Shown here: positions 9,445 to 19,061 of the stretch, piece after piece
Position numbering within the stretch: the stretch's first letter is position 1
Layout: every line of letters starts with the position of its first letter
Position numbers and translations under genes: made by a program
Virus record (IMG/VR): IMGVR_UViG_3300025528_000005
Location: 5,139 to 69,138 of that record
Reading direction: 5' to 3' (one strand)
Length of the DNA: 64,000 nucleotides
Origin: a virus
The notes under the pieces: model-generated
What the model was told of the DNA's origin: nothing
The model's input: only the letters and a program-made list of their open reading frames with translations
Database searches by the model: none

Positions 9445-11110
9445 CGGCATCTTTGACAAGCTGGAACCGCAACCAGCACTTGAGCCGGTGGAAATCACCA
9501 AGGCACCTGCGAAAAAAGCCCGACAATCTGAGACGAAATCGAAAGAGGTGAAAGAGCCCAAACCGGTCTACAGAACGTATGAGGACTTCCCTTTCCTGGA
9601 TCTGCAGGTCTATGCCGGACTAGATTGCATTGCAACTTCCGAGCTTCTGGCCCGCACTTTCCCCATCATCACTGAAGAGCCTGACTTCGTCGTTCCGAAC
9701 GCTTCTGGCCAGATGGTCAAGACTCGAGCCCCGGCTATCATCGAGTCCATCCATCGGGTCGAGATGCCAGCCCATGAATTCATCATCGACCTCGAGCTCA
9801 ATGGGCTTGAGTACGACGTCGAGGAGAACCGGCGCTACTCTCGTCTCATGACGGAAGAAGTGCTTATGCTCGAGGATCGCATCTTCAGCCAGATCGGCAA
9901 GAGGATCAACCTCGACTCCGGTCCGGAAGTGGCCGAGCTCCTCTATCGAGAACGCGGATTCGAAGTGCCGTTCAGAACGAAGAGCGGCGAGCCTTCGACC
10001 GATGGTGAAGCCTTACTGACCTTGGCCGGCCTGGACCCCATGGGCGGCAAGTACGTCACAGAGGATCCGGCCCTGCAGTTCCTGGCGGACATGGTCAAGC
10101 GCCGAGACATCAACTCGGTGCATAACACGTTCATCAAGACCTACGTCGAGGACTTCGTCAAACGGGACGGTCGTATCCACCCGACCTACAACCTGTTTGG
10201 CACGAGCTCGTTCCGGATTACCGGAGAAGATCCGAATCTGACGCAGCTACCGAGAGCCAAGCACGGTTATAACGTGCGGTCGTGCTATCGGGTAAAAGAA
10301 GGCAACGTCTTTGTAGCCTTCGACTTCAGCTCTGCTGAGGTGAAGATCCTCGGGGCTTTGTGCAAGGATCCAACCTTGCTGAAGGCCATCGAGGAAGGTC
10401 TGGACTTCCACTCGTTCTCGGCCAGTCAGATGCTCGGCATCCCGTATGACGAGTTCATGGCTGTTCTCGGGGAAAAGTCGAATCCGCTGTCGAAAACGTA
10501 CAAAACGGCGCGTCAAAACGCCAAAGCACTCACCTTCGGCATTTTGTACGGCTCGTCAGTGAACGGCATCGCCATGAACCTGAACATCAGCAAGGAGGAA
10601 GCAGAACGGCTGATAGCTCTTTACTTCAAGACCTATCCGAAGATCGAGGAATACGTGAATAACTCTCATCGGATGGCTCTCTGGAATCAGTACGTCATCA
10701 CTCCGTTCGGCCAGCGCAAGCAGGAGTATGGCACTCACAAGGTGTTCAAGTCGACAGCGGCTTATAACGCAGCCCTGCGAAACTCGCAGAATGTTAGAGT
10801 CCAGTCGACCACGTCAACGCTTGGCCTGGTCGTGTTCTCCAACTTGAATGAAGCCATCAAGAAGTTCGGAGGAATGAGCATATGCACCGTATACGACTCG
10901 ATCGAACTGGAGGTACCGATCGAACGTGCGGCTGAAGCAGTTGAAACCTGCTTCTACTACATGGACGAATGGCCTGTCCAGACCTTTGATTTTCTCGATC
11001 TTCCAATTGGCGTTGAAGGGGAGATTGGGACTAACTGGGGAAACCTAGAGACCGTTCATCGAGGTGTCACCCAGGCCGAAATCGAGGCGATGATCTCGAA
11101 AATGCACTAA
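9431..11110 (+). CDS. polA: DNA polymerase A, C-terminal part: Exo III + polymerase domain
   Basis: YAGLD (ExoIII); PNLTQLP; DFSSAEVKIL (motif A); RQNAKALTFGILYG (motif B); VYDS (motif C); GAGGTG RBS before TTG 9431. Confidence 0.9.
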   Translation: MSTLDGIFDKLEPQPALEPVEITKAPAKKARQSETKSKEVKEPKPVYRTYEDFPFLDLQVYAGLDCIATSELLARTFPIITEEPDFVVPNASGQMVKTRAPAIIESIHRVEMPAHEFIIDLELNGLEYDVEENRRYSRLMTEEVLMLEDRIFSQIGKRINLDSGPEVAELLYRERGFEVPFRTKSGEPSTDGEALLTLAGLDPMGGKYVTEDPALQFLADMVKRRDINSVHNTFIKTYVEDFVKRDGRIHPTYNLFGTSSFRITGEDPNLTQLPRAKHGYNVRSCYRVKEGNVFVAFDFSSAEVKILGALCKDPTLLKAIEEGLDFHSFSASQMLGIPYDEFMAVLGEKSNPLSKTYKTARQNAKALTFGILYGSSVNGIAMNLNISKEEAERLIALYFKTYPKIEEYVNNSHRMALWNQYVITPFGQRKQEYGTHKVFKSTAAYNAALRNSQNVRVQSTTSTLGLVVFSNLNEAIKKFGGMSICTVYDSIELEVPIERAAEAVETCFYYMDEWPVQTFDFLDLPIGVEGEIGTNWGNLETVHRGVTQAEIEAMISKMH

Positions 11111-11169
11111 CAATGCGGGGCTTAAGGCCCCGCTTGAATTTTCACCCCGGCTTTTACTCTGGAGGAAGT

Positions 11170-11379
11170 ATGGCCCATCTAACCTGCCCGCATTGCAATG
11201 AATCTCGCCCCGGCCTTCTGTGGAGCGACTCCGTATCCTGGGGGTGCCATAGCTGTTCCTATTATGAGACGGCTTATTCCGGCCCATCATTTCCCGTTAA
11301 CCATTTTGGTATAAGTGAAGAGGATGATAGGCCCATCTTGGCCGACCGTCGTTCTGAAATCAGACCTCACCTCCCCTGA
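11170..11379 (+). CDS. Small zinc-ribbon protein
   Basis: GGAGG RBS; CPHC..CHSC. Confidence 0.55.
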   Translation: MAHLTCPHCNESRPGLLWSDSVSWGCHSCSYYETAYSGPSFPVNHFGISEEDDRPILADRRSEIRPHLP

Positions 11380-11434
11380 TCTGACGCGCCTTTTCACGAG
11401 GCAGCGAACACCTCTTTTGAACGGAGCATTCATT

Positions 11435-12745
11435 ATGGGAATTTTGAAGGTTGGCTCGACCAACCCCAACCTGTCGTGGATTCTGCAGAAGAATCCTGAG
11501 ACGATTGCGAAGTCCAAAAAGCCTTTCACTAAAGCCATTCGTAAAGGTATGGCTTATGGCTGGTTTAATGAAAACGCTAGCGAATTCACGTTGTGGTTCC
11601 GGGACAGTGATCTCGAATCTTCCTTCGCAGATGGAATCCGGGGAGAATTCGAATATCTCGACACGACTCGCTACGGCAGCCCGTATCTGCCTATTTCGCT
11701 GATCACAAACTGCCTTTCTACCGCGGCAAAGAAGATCGATGATCACGACGTTGATGGCTTCCACGCATACGTTACCACGGTTATCAAGGTGCCTAATCTT
11801 CGTTTTCAGCAAGCCTTGACTCGTCACTATACTGGCGTAGCTGACATTTCAACTCAACCTCTGCACGGCAAGTTCTACGAAGTGACCGTTCAGGCCCCTA
11901 AGGTCTACACGGCGCTGAACGTCATGCAGATCATCTGCCTGATGCAGTGTCTCTGTGATGATGACACTTACGTGCCAATGAGGGAGGCTGATATTGAGAA
12001 GTACATCAACTGCCTTAACGCAGCCAATGCACCTTACTATGTCCGATACCTTTTCGGTTCTCGGACTATCAGCAACCGCCGGACTTTCGAGAAACTGAGG
12101 AGCAAGCTGCAAGGCCCTCACATGATCATGAATTTCGGAGACACTCGTCAGCAACGTTTCGATGCGATCTCTGAGCTTCTTAAAGGAGGAGAAACGTTGA
12201 TTGACATTGGTTGTGGTGAACTGTTTTACAGCCTGCGCCTTGCCGGGAGGTATGACACCACCTACGCTGTTGATCTGGATCACGATCTGCAAGAGGCCAA
12301 CCGAGGCAAAGTTGAGAAGAGGAAGATCGAGAACCTGATTCCTATCAAAGCTGTGGTTACTTCAGAGTGGGTCCAAGAGAATGAAGAACTCTTCGATGGG
12401 GCCGATGTTCTTCTGACCGAGGTTGTCGAACATATGCCCTTGGATGAGGCTGGAAAACTGCTTGACGCAATCTTGGCCACTAACTGCAGGCAGGTGATCG
12501 TTACCACGCCAAACAAGGACTTCAACAAATTCTATGGATTTGAAGAAGACCAGATGAGGCATTACGACCACAAGTGGGAGATGGGTTTTGACGACTATTG
12601 CAACTGGATCCAGTCGATTCCCAAAAGCCCTGATAAAACCCCTCTTACCTTTGGGGTAGGGGACTTAGTCGAGGGTTGCCACACGACCTCACTCACGGTT
12701 TTCGCAAGGGATCATGAGGCAACTTCTTTGAAGGAAGCCGCTTAA
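11435..12745 (+). CDS. hen1: Hen1-like RNA 2'-O-methyltransferase
   Basis: N-terminal STNPNLSWILQKNP (Hen1 ligase-activating-domain-like); LIDIGCGE SAM motif; EVVEHM, TTPNKDFN, RHYDHKWE; directly upstream of pnkp. Confidence 0.85.
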   Translation: MGILKVGSTNPNLSWILQKNPETIAKSKKPFTKAIRKGMAYGWFNENASEFTLWFRDSDLESSFADGIRGEFEYLDTTRYGSPYLPISLITNCLSTAAKKIDDHDVDGFHAYVTTVIKVPNLRFQQALTRHYTGVADISTQPLHGKFYEVTVQAPKVYTALNVMQIICLMQCLCDDDTYVPMREADIEKYINCLNAANAPYYVRYLFGSRTISNRRTFEKLRSKLQGPHMIMNFGDTRQQRFDAISELLKGGETLIDIGCGELFYSLRLAGRYDTTYAVDLDHDLQEANRGKVEKRKIENLIPIKAVVTSEWVQENEELFDGADVLLTEVVEHMPLDEAGKLLDAILATNCRQVIVTTPNKDFNKFYGFEEDQMRHYDHKWEMGFDDYCNWIQSIPKSPDKTPLTFGVGDLVEGCHTTSLTVFARDHEATSLKEAA

Positions 12746-12757
12746 TAAGGACTAATC

Positions 12758-15199
12758 ATGCATCTGACTACTAAACTTCACACCATCTTCCTTCTTGTTG
12801 GTCCGTCGATGTGTGGGAAGTCGACGTTCTCCAGGGAGCTTGAAAAAGCTCTACTCAGGGCTGGTCAGAAGGAGCATCTCAATTATTCTATCTCCGTCTT
12901 GTCGTCGGATTCTAATCGCTGGCGCCTCCTCGGAGACAGTCGTATCGATAAGCATGCTCCTTCCATGCTTGAGGTTTCCGGCCAAGCCTTCGAGATGCTG
13001 TTCACGGATCTCAAAGCCGTTACCTCGTATCCGGTGAATCACGATTTTGTTATCGTCGATACGACCGGCTTGAGCGAGAAGTTTCGTGACGATGTTCGGG
13101 AGATCGCCAGGTCTCAGGGCTACAGCGTCGAACTCGTGCTTTTCGAGTACAGCAAGCCGGAGCTGTTGCGAGGCATTGACGAGAAGTACCATCCCGTCAT
13201 GCTCACCCAGCTTAGCCGCATGAAGCGGGACGTGTTTCCGAAGATTCGGGCCAAAGACTACACCAAGCGTATCAAGATCCACTCCAGGGATCCGGATATG
13301 TGGAAGTATCTTGAGGTCACGGTCGAAAACGCAGCCGAGTACCGCCGGTGCCTTTTGCATCTCGATCCCACGGATGGCGTTGCTGTTATCGGAGACACCC
13401 ACGAGCACGTCGACGCCTTGACGAAGCTTATCAAGGAGCTTGATGCTCTGGATCCCAACTTGCGGAAGATCCATATCGGTGACTACCTTGACAAAGGAGG
13501 GAACACCGAGGCGATGCTTCGACTGATGAAGCAACGGGCTGATGCCGGAGACATCATCATCCACGGGAATCATGAGGCCTATGTGGTCCGTCGGCTGCGA
13601 GGTGAGATCGATCCGAACCCCGATCTCGAGGATAAGTACATCACTTCATTGAAGGTCTTGCTTGAGCGTCCGGATCTTCAGGAGATCCTATTTGATCTCT
13701 ATGACAATCACTCCGTGCCGTTCCTGAAGATTACCGGAGATGATTGCAGGACGATGTACGTGACTCATGCTCCTTGCGATGAGGTCCATCTCGGCAAGCT
13801 GTCCCCGTTCGCCATCAAGGCGCAGCGCAACCTCTATTCGAAGGACAGGTCGGACGACTACCGGCATGCTTACGGCTTCGTGTTTGATCAAGCCTCCAGC
13901 ACTCGACCTCTGCATGTCTTCGGACACGTCGCCCACAAGTCCTCGAAGTTGGCGTATCGGAACAAGATCTTCCTCGACACCGGAGCCGTCTATGGCCACA
14001 AGCTGACGGCACTTGTGTACAAGGGCAATAGCTATCAGCCGTTGCAGATCAGTACCGAGCGTCTTGATACGACGGATCACGAGCTCTCGGATCAGCTTAC
14101 CCAGCCGATTAAGGCCGAGAAACCCTTCGACATTAAGGATTACAACCTGGAACCGAAGGAGGTTCGCTTTATCAATGGTTTGATTAAGCGAGGTATCAAG
14201 TTCATCTCTGGTACTATGTCTCCTGCCCCGTCGACTGAAACGACGCTAGAAAGCCTTGATGCAGGTTTGAACTACTTCCGCAAGCACGGAGTGACTGAGG
14301 TTGTGATGCAACCGAAGTACATGGGCTCTCGCTGTCAGTTGTACCTGTACAAGGATCCGGAGAAGCAGAGCTTCGCCGTCAGTCGCAACGGGTACGTCAT
14401 CAGCCCGGAGCGTGTTCCTGGTCTGGAGGACGTGATTTCCCACTGGCTCTCCAAGGTTGACGGTTGGTGCGACGGGAACTGGAAGGAGCTCATTATCGAT
14501 GGTGAACTCCTCCCTTGGTCGGCACTTGGCAAAGGTCTGATCGAGGACCAGTTCCGTTCCTACGGAACGCTGATTGGCTGGGAGCTCGAGCAGCTCAACG
14601 ACCCCGCTTTCGCGGCTCTGGATTTCAACGCTAAGCCTGATCTGGAAGACCGGAAAGAGGATCTCCGGCAGTACTGGGAGACCTTGTCACTTTACGATAA
14701 GGATACGGGCGACGGAGAAGGCCAAGTCCCCTTGGAATTCAAGGCATTCGCGTTCCTGTCGGTCGATGGAAATGACCTGATCCGTAGCGCCGACCAGTTC
14801 GACGATTTCAATGTCCTTAACGACGACGGATGCCATCTCGTCAATTTCAATGACGAAGATAGCATTAGGCAGGCTCACGAGTTTTACCGAGAGCTAACGG
14901 TCGACAAAGGCATGGAAGGAGTTGTCCTGAAGCCGAGGCATCACACCGAGAATGTCGTACCTTACATGAAGGTCCGTAACGAGGGATACCTTCGCCTGGT
15001 GTACGGCTACGACTATCCTCGTCGCTACGCTGCACTGTGCCGTCAGAAGAACATTTCTGGTAAACTGAGTATCTCACTCAAAGAGTGGGATCTCGGCCGC
15101 CGGATGCTTATTGCCAAGAGCGATAACGAGATGACGGAACTTGCCGTGAAAATGATCGGCCAGCTTAAGCGAGAGCAAGAGCTCGATCCGCGTCTGTAA
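12758..15199 (+). CDS. pnkp: Polynucleotide kinase-phosphatase-ligase (bacterial-type Pnkp)
   Basis: GPSMCGKST kinase; GDTH/GDYLDKG/GNHE metallophosphatase; KYMGSR, IDGELLPW, EGVVLKP ligase motifs; C-terminal DPRL. Confidence 0.93.
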   Translation: MHLTTKLHTIFLLVGPSMCGKSTFSRELEKALLRAGQKEHLNYSISVLSSDSNRWRLLGDSRIDKHAPSMLEVSGQAFEMLFTDLKAVTSYPVNHDFVIVDTTGLSEKFRDDVREIARSQGYSVELVLFEYSKPELLRGIDEKYHPVMLTQLSRMKRDVFPKIRAKDYTKRIKIHSRDPDMWKYLEVTVENAAEYRRCLLHLDPTDGVAVIGDTHEHVDALTKLIKELDALDPNLRKIHIGDYLDKGGNTEAMLRLMKQRADAGDIIIHGNHEAYVVRRLRGEIDPNPDLEDKYITSLKVLLERPDLQEILFDLYDNHSVPFLKITGDDCRTMYVTHAPCDEVHLGKLSPFAIKAQRNLYSKDRSDDYRHAYGFVFDQASSTRPLHVFGHVAHKSSKLAYRNKIFLDTGAVYGHKLTALVYKGNSYQPLQISTERLDTTDHELSDQLTQPIKAEKPFDIKDYNLEPKEVRFINGLIKRGIKFISGTMSPAPSTETTLESLDAGLNYFRKHGVTEVVMQPKYMGSRCQLYLYKDPEKQSFAVSRNGYVISPERVPGLEDVISHWLSKVDGWCDGNWKELIIDGELLPWSALGKGLIEDQFRSYGTLIGWELEQLNDPAFAALDFNAKPDLEDRKEDLRQYWETLSLYDKDTGDGEGQVPLEFKAFAFLSVDGNDLIRSADQFDDFNVLNDDGCHLVNFNDEDSIRQAHEFYRELTVDKGMEGVVLKPRHHTENVVPYMKVRNEGYLRLVYGYDYPRRYAALCRQKNISGKLSISLKEWDLGRRMLIAKSDNEMTELAVKMIGQLKREQELDPRL

Positions 15200-15206
15200 C
15201 TTTTCC

Positions 15207-15289
15207 ACCCGTGTGGCGAAATTGGTAGCCGCAGCTGGTTTAAGCCCAGCCGCCGTTAAGGCATGTCAGTTCGAATCTGACCACGGGTA
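15207..15289 (+). tRNA. tRNA-Leu(TAA), CCA not encoded
   Basis: ACCCGTG/CACGGGT acceptor; GCTGG-TTTAAGC-CCAGC anticodon arm; long variable arm; TTCGAAT T-loop. Confidence 0.9.
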
Positions 15290-15606
15290 TATTTTCAAAG
15301 GGTTCCCATGGCAATCTGGAGAGCGACTTTCATCGCCGAGGAACCAGAAGTCACACCTACGCATTTTGATACTAATTAAGAGATCAATTTTCCGCCTAGC
15401 TTTGGTATAACTAATTTGGGCAGACGTATTTTCGTAAGTCCCATTACTATTTGAGGATACCTAGGGGCTTAACCTTCCTCTAGACATTCTCAGGTGGATG
15501 TGGATTTGCAGAAGGATGCAACGTCCTTCGGAAGCATTCCCCAAGGGTCTTCTCCCGGGTTAGATGAATAAAATCGCGGTCTGCTCCGTTTCATTGAAGG
15601 AGAATT

Positions 15607-15945
15607 ATGTCTGACATTCCTGTAGTCGAAATTACCCCCCACGCCACTGCTTCTCCGGAATCGGTAGAGAAAGCCTCTTCCTTGCCTGAAAATGCTCCGG
15701 TTTCGTCTGAGGAGAAGCCGAGTGGTCGTTGGGTTCGGACTCGTTTCTGCTGCTGTCCTCTCACTGCGGAAACGGATTGCCGATACCACTCTCCTTCCGA
15801 ACCGGGATGGGAAACCTGCCCGTGGGAGAAGCGATCGGGACGTGGGCCTGGACGATGGCTCTGGGCTCCCACGAAACCCATCCCTCTATCCGATGCCGAG
15901 CTCTCTGTCGGCGCGGATCTCAAGGACCTAACGAAGGCTCAGTAA
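15607..15945 (+). CDS. Hypothetical protein
   Basis: AAGGAG RBS; 112 aa. Confidence 0.5.
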   Translation: MSDIPVVEITPHATASPESVEKASSLPENAPVSSEEKPSGRWVRTRFCCCPLTAETDCRYHSPSEPGWETCPWEKRSGRGPGRWLWAPTKPIPLSDAELSVGADLKDLTKAQ

Positions 15946-16124
15946 CAAGCCGGAGATAGGTACCTGCACTAAATCAAGGCGGAGTGGGGAAGTTAGTACC
16001 CACTACCGTTCTTTTTTAGTGTTTTCAAGGCTCTTCAACCCTTGTACTCAGGCGAGTCTTTCTTGAGAACTGGGTTATAATACCAATCCATGGTCAATTA
16101 ACCCCTCCTCTGAGTATTCCATTA

Positions 16125-18443
16125 ATGCAAAACATCACCTCATTTGAAGACACGGACGTTTCCAAAACAATGCATGGTTTTAAGGTAAAGAAGCGCGACG
16201 GCCGTATCGAGCCGCTCGATCTCAACAAAATTCACAAGGTCTGTTTCTACGCTTGTGAAGGTATCGAGGGTGTTTCGGTCTCTGAACTCGAGATGCGGAT
16301 TCACCCTCACCTTTATGACGGTATCTCGACCGATGAAATCAATGAGCAGGTTATCAACGCGGCGAAGGATCTGATTGCCGCCCCTACCTACAACTACGAC
16401 AAGGTTGGCGGACGCATGATTTCGTATGTGGTCCGCAAGCAAGCTTATGGCCAATATCAGCCTTGGCACCTAAAGGACATTATCAAGCGAAATATCGAGG
16501 CAGGTCGTTACGATCCTGAGATCCCGTCCATGTATAGCGACGAAGAGTGGGATCAGATCAATTCCATGATTGACCATCGACGAGACGACGATTTCCGCCT
16601 GGCCGGCGCTGAGCAGATGCGAAAGAAGTACTTGGTCAAGCATCGGGTCACGGGGCAGATCTTTGAGAGCTTCCAGATCCCTTACATCATGGTTGCCGCG
16701 ATTCTGTTCCGGAACTATCCAAAGGAGACTCGTCTCACCTACGTTCGTAAGTTCTATGATCTGGCTAGCCGGCACTATATCAGTCTACCAACGCCGATCA
16801 TGGCAGGTCTTCGCACGGCTACTAAACAGTTCTCGAGCTGCGTTGTAATCGACTCTGATGACAGCCTGGCCTCGATTGGAGCTACGGACGAAGCCGCCTT
16901 CCGATATGTCGCCGTCAAAGCGGGTCTTGGCATTAACGCCGGCCGCAATCGCGGCTTGGGCGCTCCGATCCGTAAGGGAGACGCCTTCCACACTGGTCTC
17001 ATCCCTTTCATGAAGAAGTGGACGGCTACGGTGAAATCCTGCAGCCAAGGCGGCGTGCGAGATGGAGCGGTGACGATGTACTTCCCGATGTGGCACTACG
17101 AGTTTCCCGAGCTCGTCGTGCTCAAGGACAACGCGCTGACTGAGGAGAAGACCAATCGATCGTCGGACTACTGCGTGCAGCTTAACAAGTATCTCCTGCA
17201 ACGCCTCATCTTTGGCAGGAACATAACTTTGTTCTCGCCGCATGACGCCCCAGGCTTGTACGAAGCTTTCTTCAATGATCAGGCTGAGTTCGCTCGTCTG
17301 TATGAAATGTATGAGGCTGATCCGACCATCCGTAAGCGTAGCTTCCCTGCGGCTGATCTTTTCAATCAGCTTGTGATTCAACGCATGAATACTGGACGGA
17401 TCTACGTCATGTTCGTTGACAATGCCAACGAACGGTCTTCGTTCACCGTGCCGATTTACATGTCTAACCTGTGCACGGAGATTACGCTGCCGACCAAGCC
17501 GCTGAACCATATCGACGATGAATCTGGAGAGATCAGTCTCTGCACCTTGGCGGCAGTCAACTGGGGCAAGATCAACAGCACGGATCAGTTTGAAGAGATC
17601 GCTGACATCTTGGTTCGGGCCCTGAACGAGGTCCTTGACTATCAGGACTACCCGGTCAAGGCGGCGTACAACTCGACCATGGCTCGTCGGCCGCTCGGTA
17701 TCGGCATTATTGGTCTGGCCCACTTCCTGGCTAAGCGAGGCCTGGGCTACAACCGTATTGCTCTCGGCCTCGTCGACGAGTTCGCCGAAGCCTGGTCGTA
17801 CTATCTGATCAAGGCTTCTGTGGAGCTTGCCAAGGAAAAAGGCCCCTGCCCTGCTTGGGGTGAAACGAAGTACAGTCGCGGCTGGACACCGAACCTGACT
17901 CGGCCGAAGGCACTCGACGACATCCTGCCTCATAAGGAGCGCATGAACTGGGACGATCTGCGCACAGAGCTGAAGAAGTACGGGATCCGCAACTCGACTC
18001 TGATGGCCTGCATGCCGTCCGAGACGAGCTCGCAGCTCTCGAACGAAACGAACGGGATTGAACCTCCCCGCAGTGCTGTGATCGTCAAGGCTTCTAAGGA
18101 CAGCGCACCACCTCAGGTCGTGCCTGACGTCGAAGAGCTCCTGCCCTACTACGATTGGTCTTGGTCTCAAAAGACGCCTGACGGCTATCTCGAGGTCACT
18201 GCGGTGATCCAAAAGTATGTCGACCAGGCAATGTCGATCAACACGAGCTATAACCCGGCCCACTTCCCTGAGGAGAGGATCGGTACTAAGCAGCTCCTGA
18301 AGGATCTGATGAGGGCTTATCAGCTCGGCCACAAGACGCTGTATTACTGCAACACTAAGAAGCCCGGTGAAGAGGAAATTCTGGGCACTCTGGCAATGAC
18401 CGAAAGCGACGATGGTTGCGACGGCGGTGCTTGCAAGATCTGA
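16125..18443 (+). CDS. nrdA: Ribonucleotide reductase class Ia alpha subunit
   Basis: ATP cone (VKKRDG); QFSSC; SQGGVRDG; SNLCTEI; C-terminal CDGGACKI. Confidence 0.97.
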   Translation: MQNITSFEDTDVSKTMHGFKVKKRDGRIEPLDLNKIHKVCFYACEGIEGVSVSELEMRIHPHLYDGISTDEINEQVINAAKDLIAAPTYNYDKVGGRMISYVVRKQAYGQYQPWHLKDIIKRNIEAGRYDPEIPSMYSDEEWDQINSMIDHRRDDDFRLAGAEQMRKKYLVKHRVTGQIFESFQIPYIMVAAILFRNYPKETRLTYVRKFYDLASRHYISLPTPIMAGLRTATKQFSSCVVIDSDDSLASIGATDEAAFRYVAVKAGLGINAGRNRGLGAPIRKGDAFHTGLIPFMKKWTATVKSCSQGGVRDGAVTMYFPMWHYEFPELVVLKDNALTEEKTNRSSDYCVQLNKYLLQRLIFGRNITLFSPHDAPGLYEAFFNDQAEFARLYEMYEADPTIRKRSFPAADLFNQLVIQRMNTGRIYVMFVDNANERSSFTVPIYMSNLCTEITLPTKPLNHIDDESGEISLCTLAAVNWGKINSTDQFEEIADILVRALNEVLDYQDYPVKAAYNSTMARRPLGIGIIGLAHFLAKRGLGYNRIALGLVDEFAEAWSYYLIKASVELAKEKGPCPAWGETKYSRGWTPNLTRPKALDDILPHKERMNWDDLRTELKKYGIRNSTLMACMPSETSSQLSNETNGIEPPRSAVIVKASKDSAPPQVVPDVEELLPYYDWSWSQKTPDGYLEVTAVIQKYVDQAMSINTSYNPAHFPEERIGTKQLLKDLMRAYQLGHKTLYYCNTKKPGEEEILGTLAMTESDDGCDGGACKI

Positions 18444-18472
18444 TCTGTAGTGATACAGTAATCGCATCAATC

Positions 18473-18498
18473 AGCCCGGACTGGTTCCGGGCTTTTTC
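18473..18498 (+). terminator. Intrinsic terminator
   Basis: AGCCCGGA-ctggt-TCCGGGCT-TTTT. Confidence 0.8.
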
Positions 18499-18513
18499 CT
18501 CCTTTATTAAATC

Positions 18514-18780
18514 ATGAGTGAACCGTATCCTGAGCCGCCGAGCCTTCCCAAGAAGGTGCGGATCGTGACGCATTACGCCGAGGACGATCCCAAATTCATG
18601 GGAGACTACTGCGAGATCAAACTCTACTTCGATGACGATCGAGTGCCTACGGTCGCTTACGGCGACTCCTATCACGACAAGGGTCAAGAGAAGATTCAAG
18701 GCTGGATCGACTGCCTGAAATACCTGACCGATTACAGACTCGTCGTTGAACGAGAAAACGTCGCCGGCTATCCCGTCTGA
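18514..18780 (+). CDS. Hypothetical protein
   Basis: 88-aa ORF between nrdA and nrdB. Confidence 0.7.
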   Translation: MSEPYPEPPSLPKKVRIVTHYAEDDPKFMGDYCEIKLYFDDDRVPTVAYGDSYHDKGQEKIQGWIDCLKYLTDYRLVVERENVAGYPV

Positions 18781-18782
18781 TT

Positions 18783-19061
18783 ATGCACATCACCGAGCTC
18801 GTTCAGCACCTCGAGATAACGAGGCCTGGCAAGCACGCCTTTGACTACCGCCTGGTCTCCAAGGCCCTCGGCTACAACAGCCAGAAGGTGACGTTGGCGG
18901 ATTACCAGGAGATCGCCCGACGGTATAGCGAGCTCGATCAGCTCTTCCGGAGAGCTTGCCAATCCCTGATCGCCCTCGCCGAAGACAACAAGCGTCTTCA
19001 GGCCGAGAACGATTTCATGCTACGGCTGGTCAACAGCCGAATGAACACTGAAGACATATGA
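18783..19061 (+). CDS. Hypothetical protein
   Basis: 92 aa; ATGA overlap with nrdB. Confidence 0.7.
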   Translation: MHITELVQHLEITRPGKHAFDYRLVSKALGYNSQKVTLADYQEIARRYSELDQLFRRACQSLIALAEDNKRLQAENDFMLRLVNSRMNTEDI

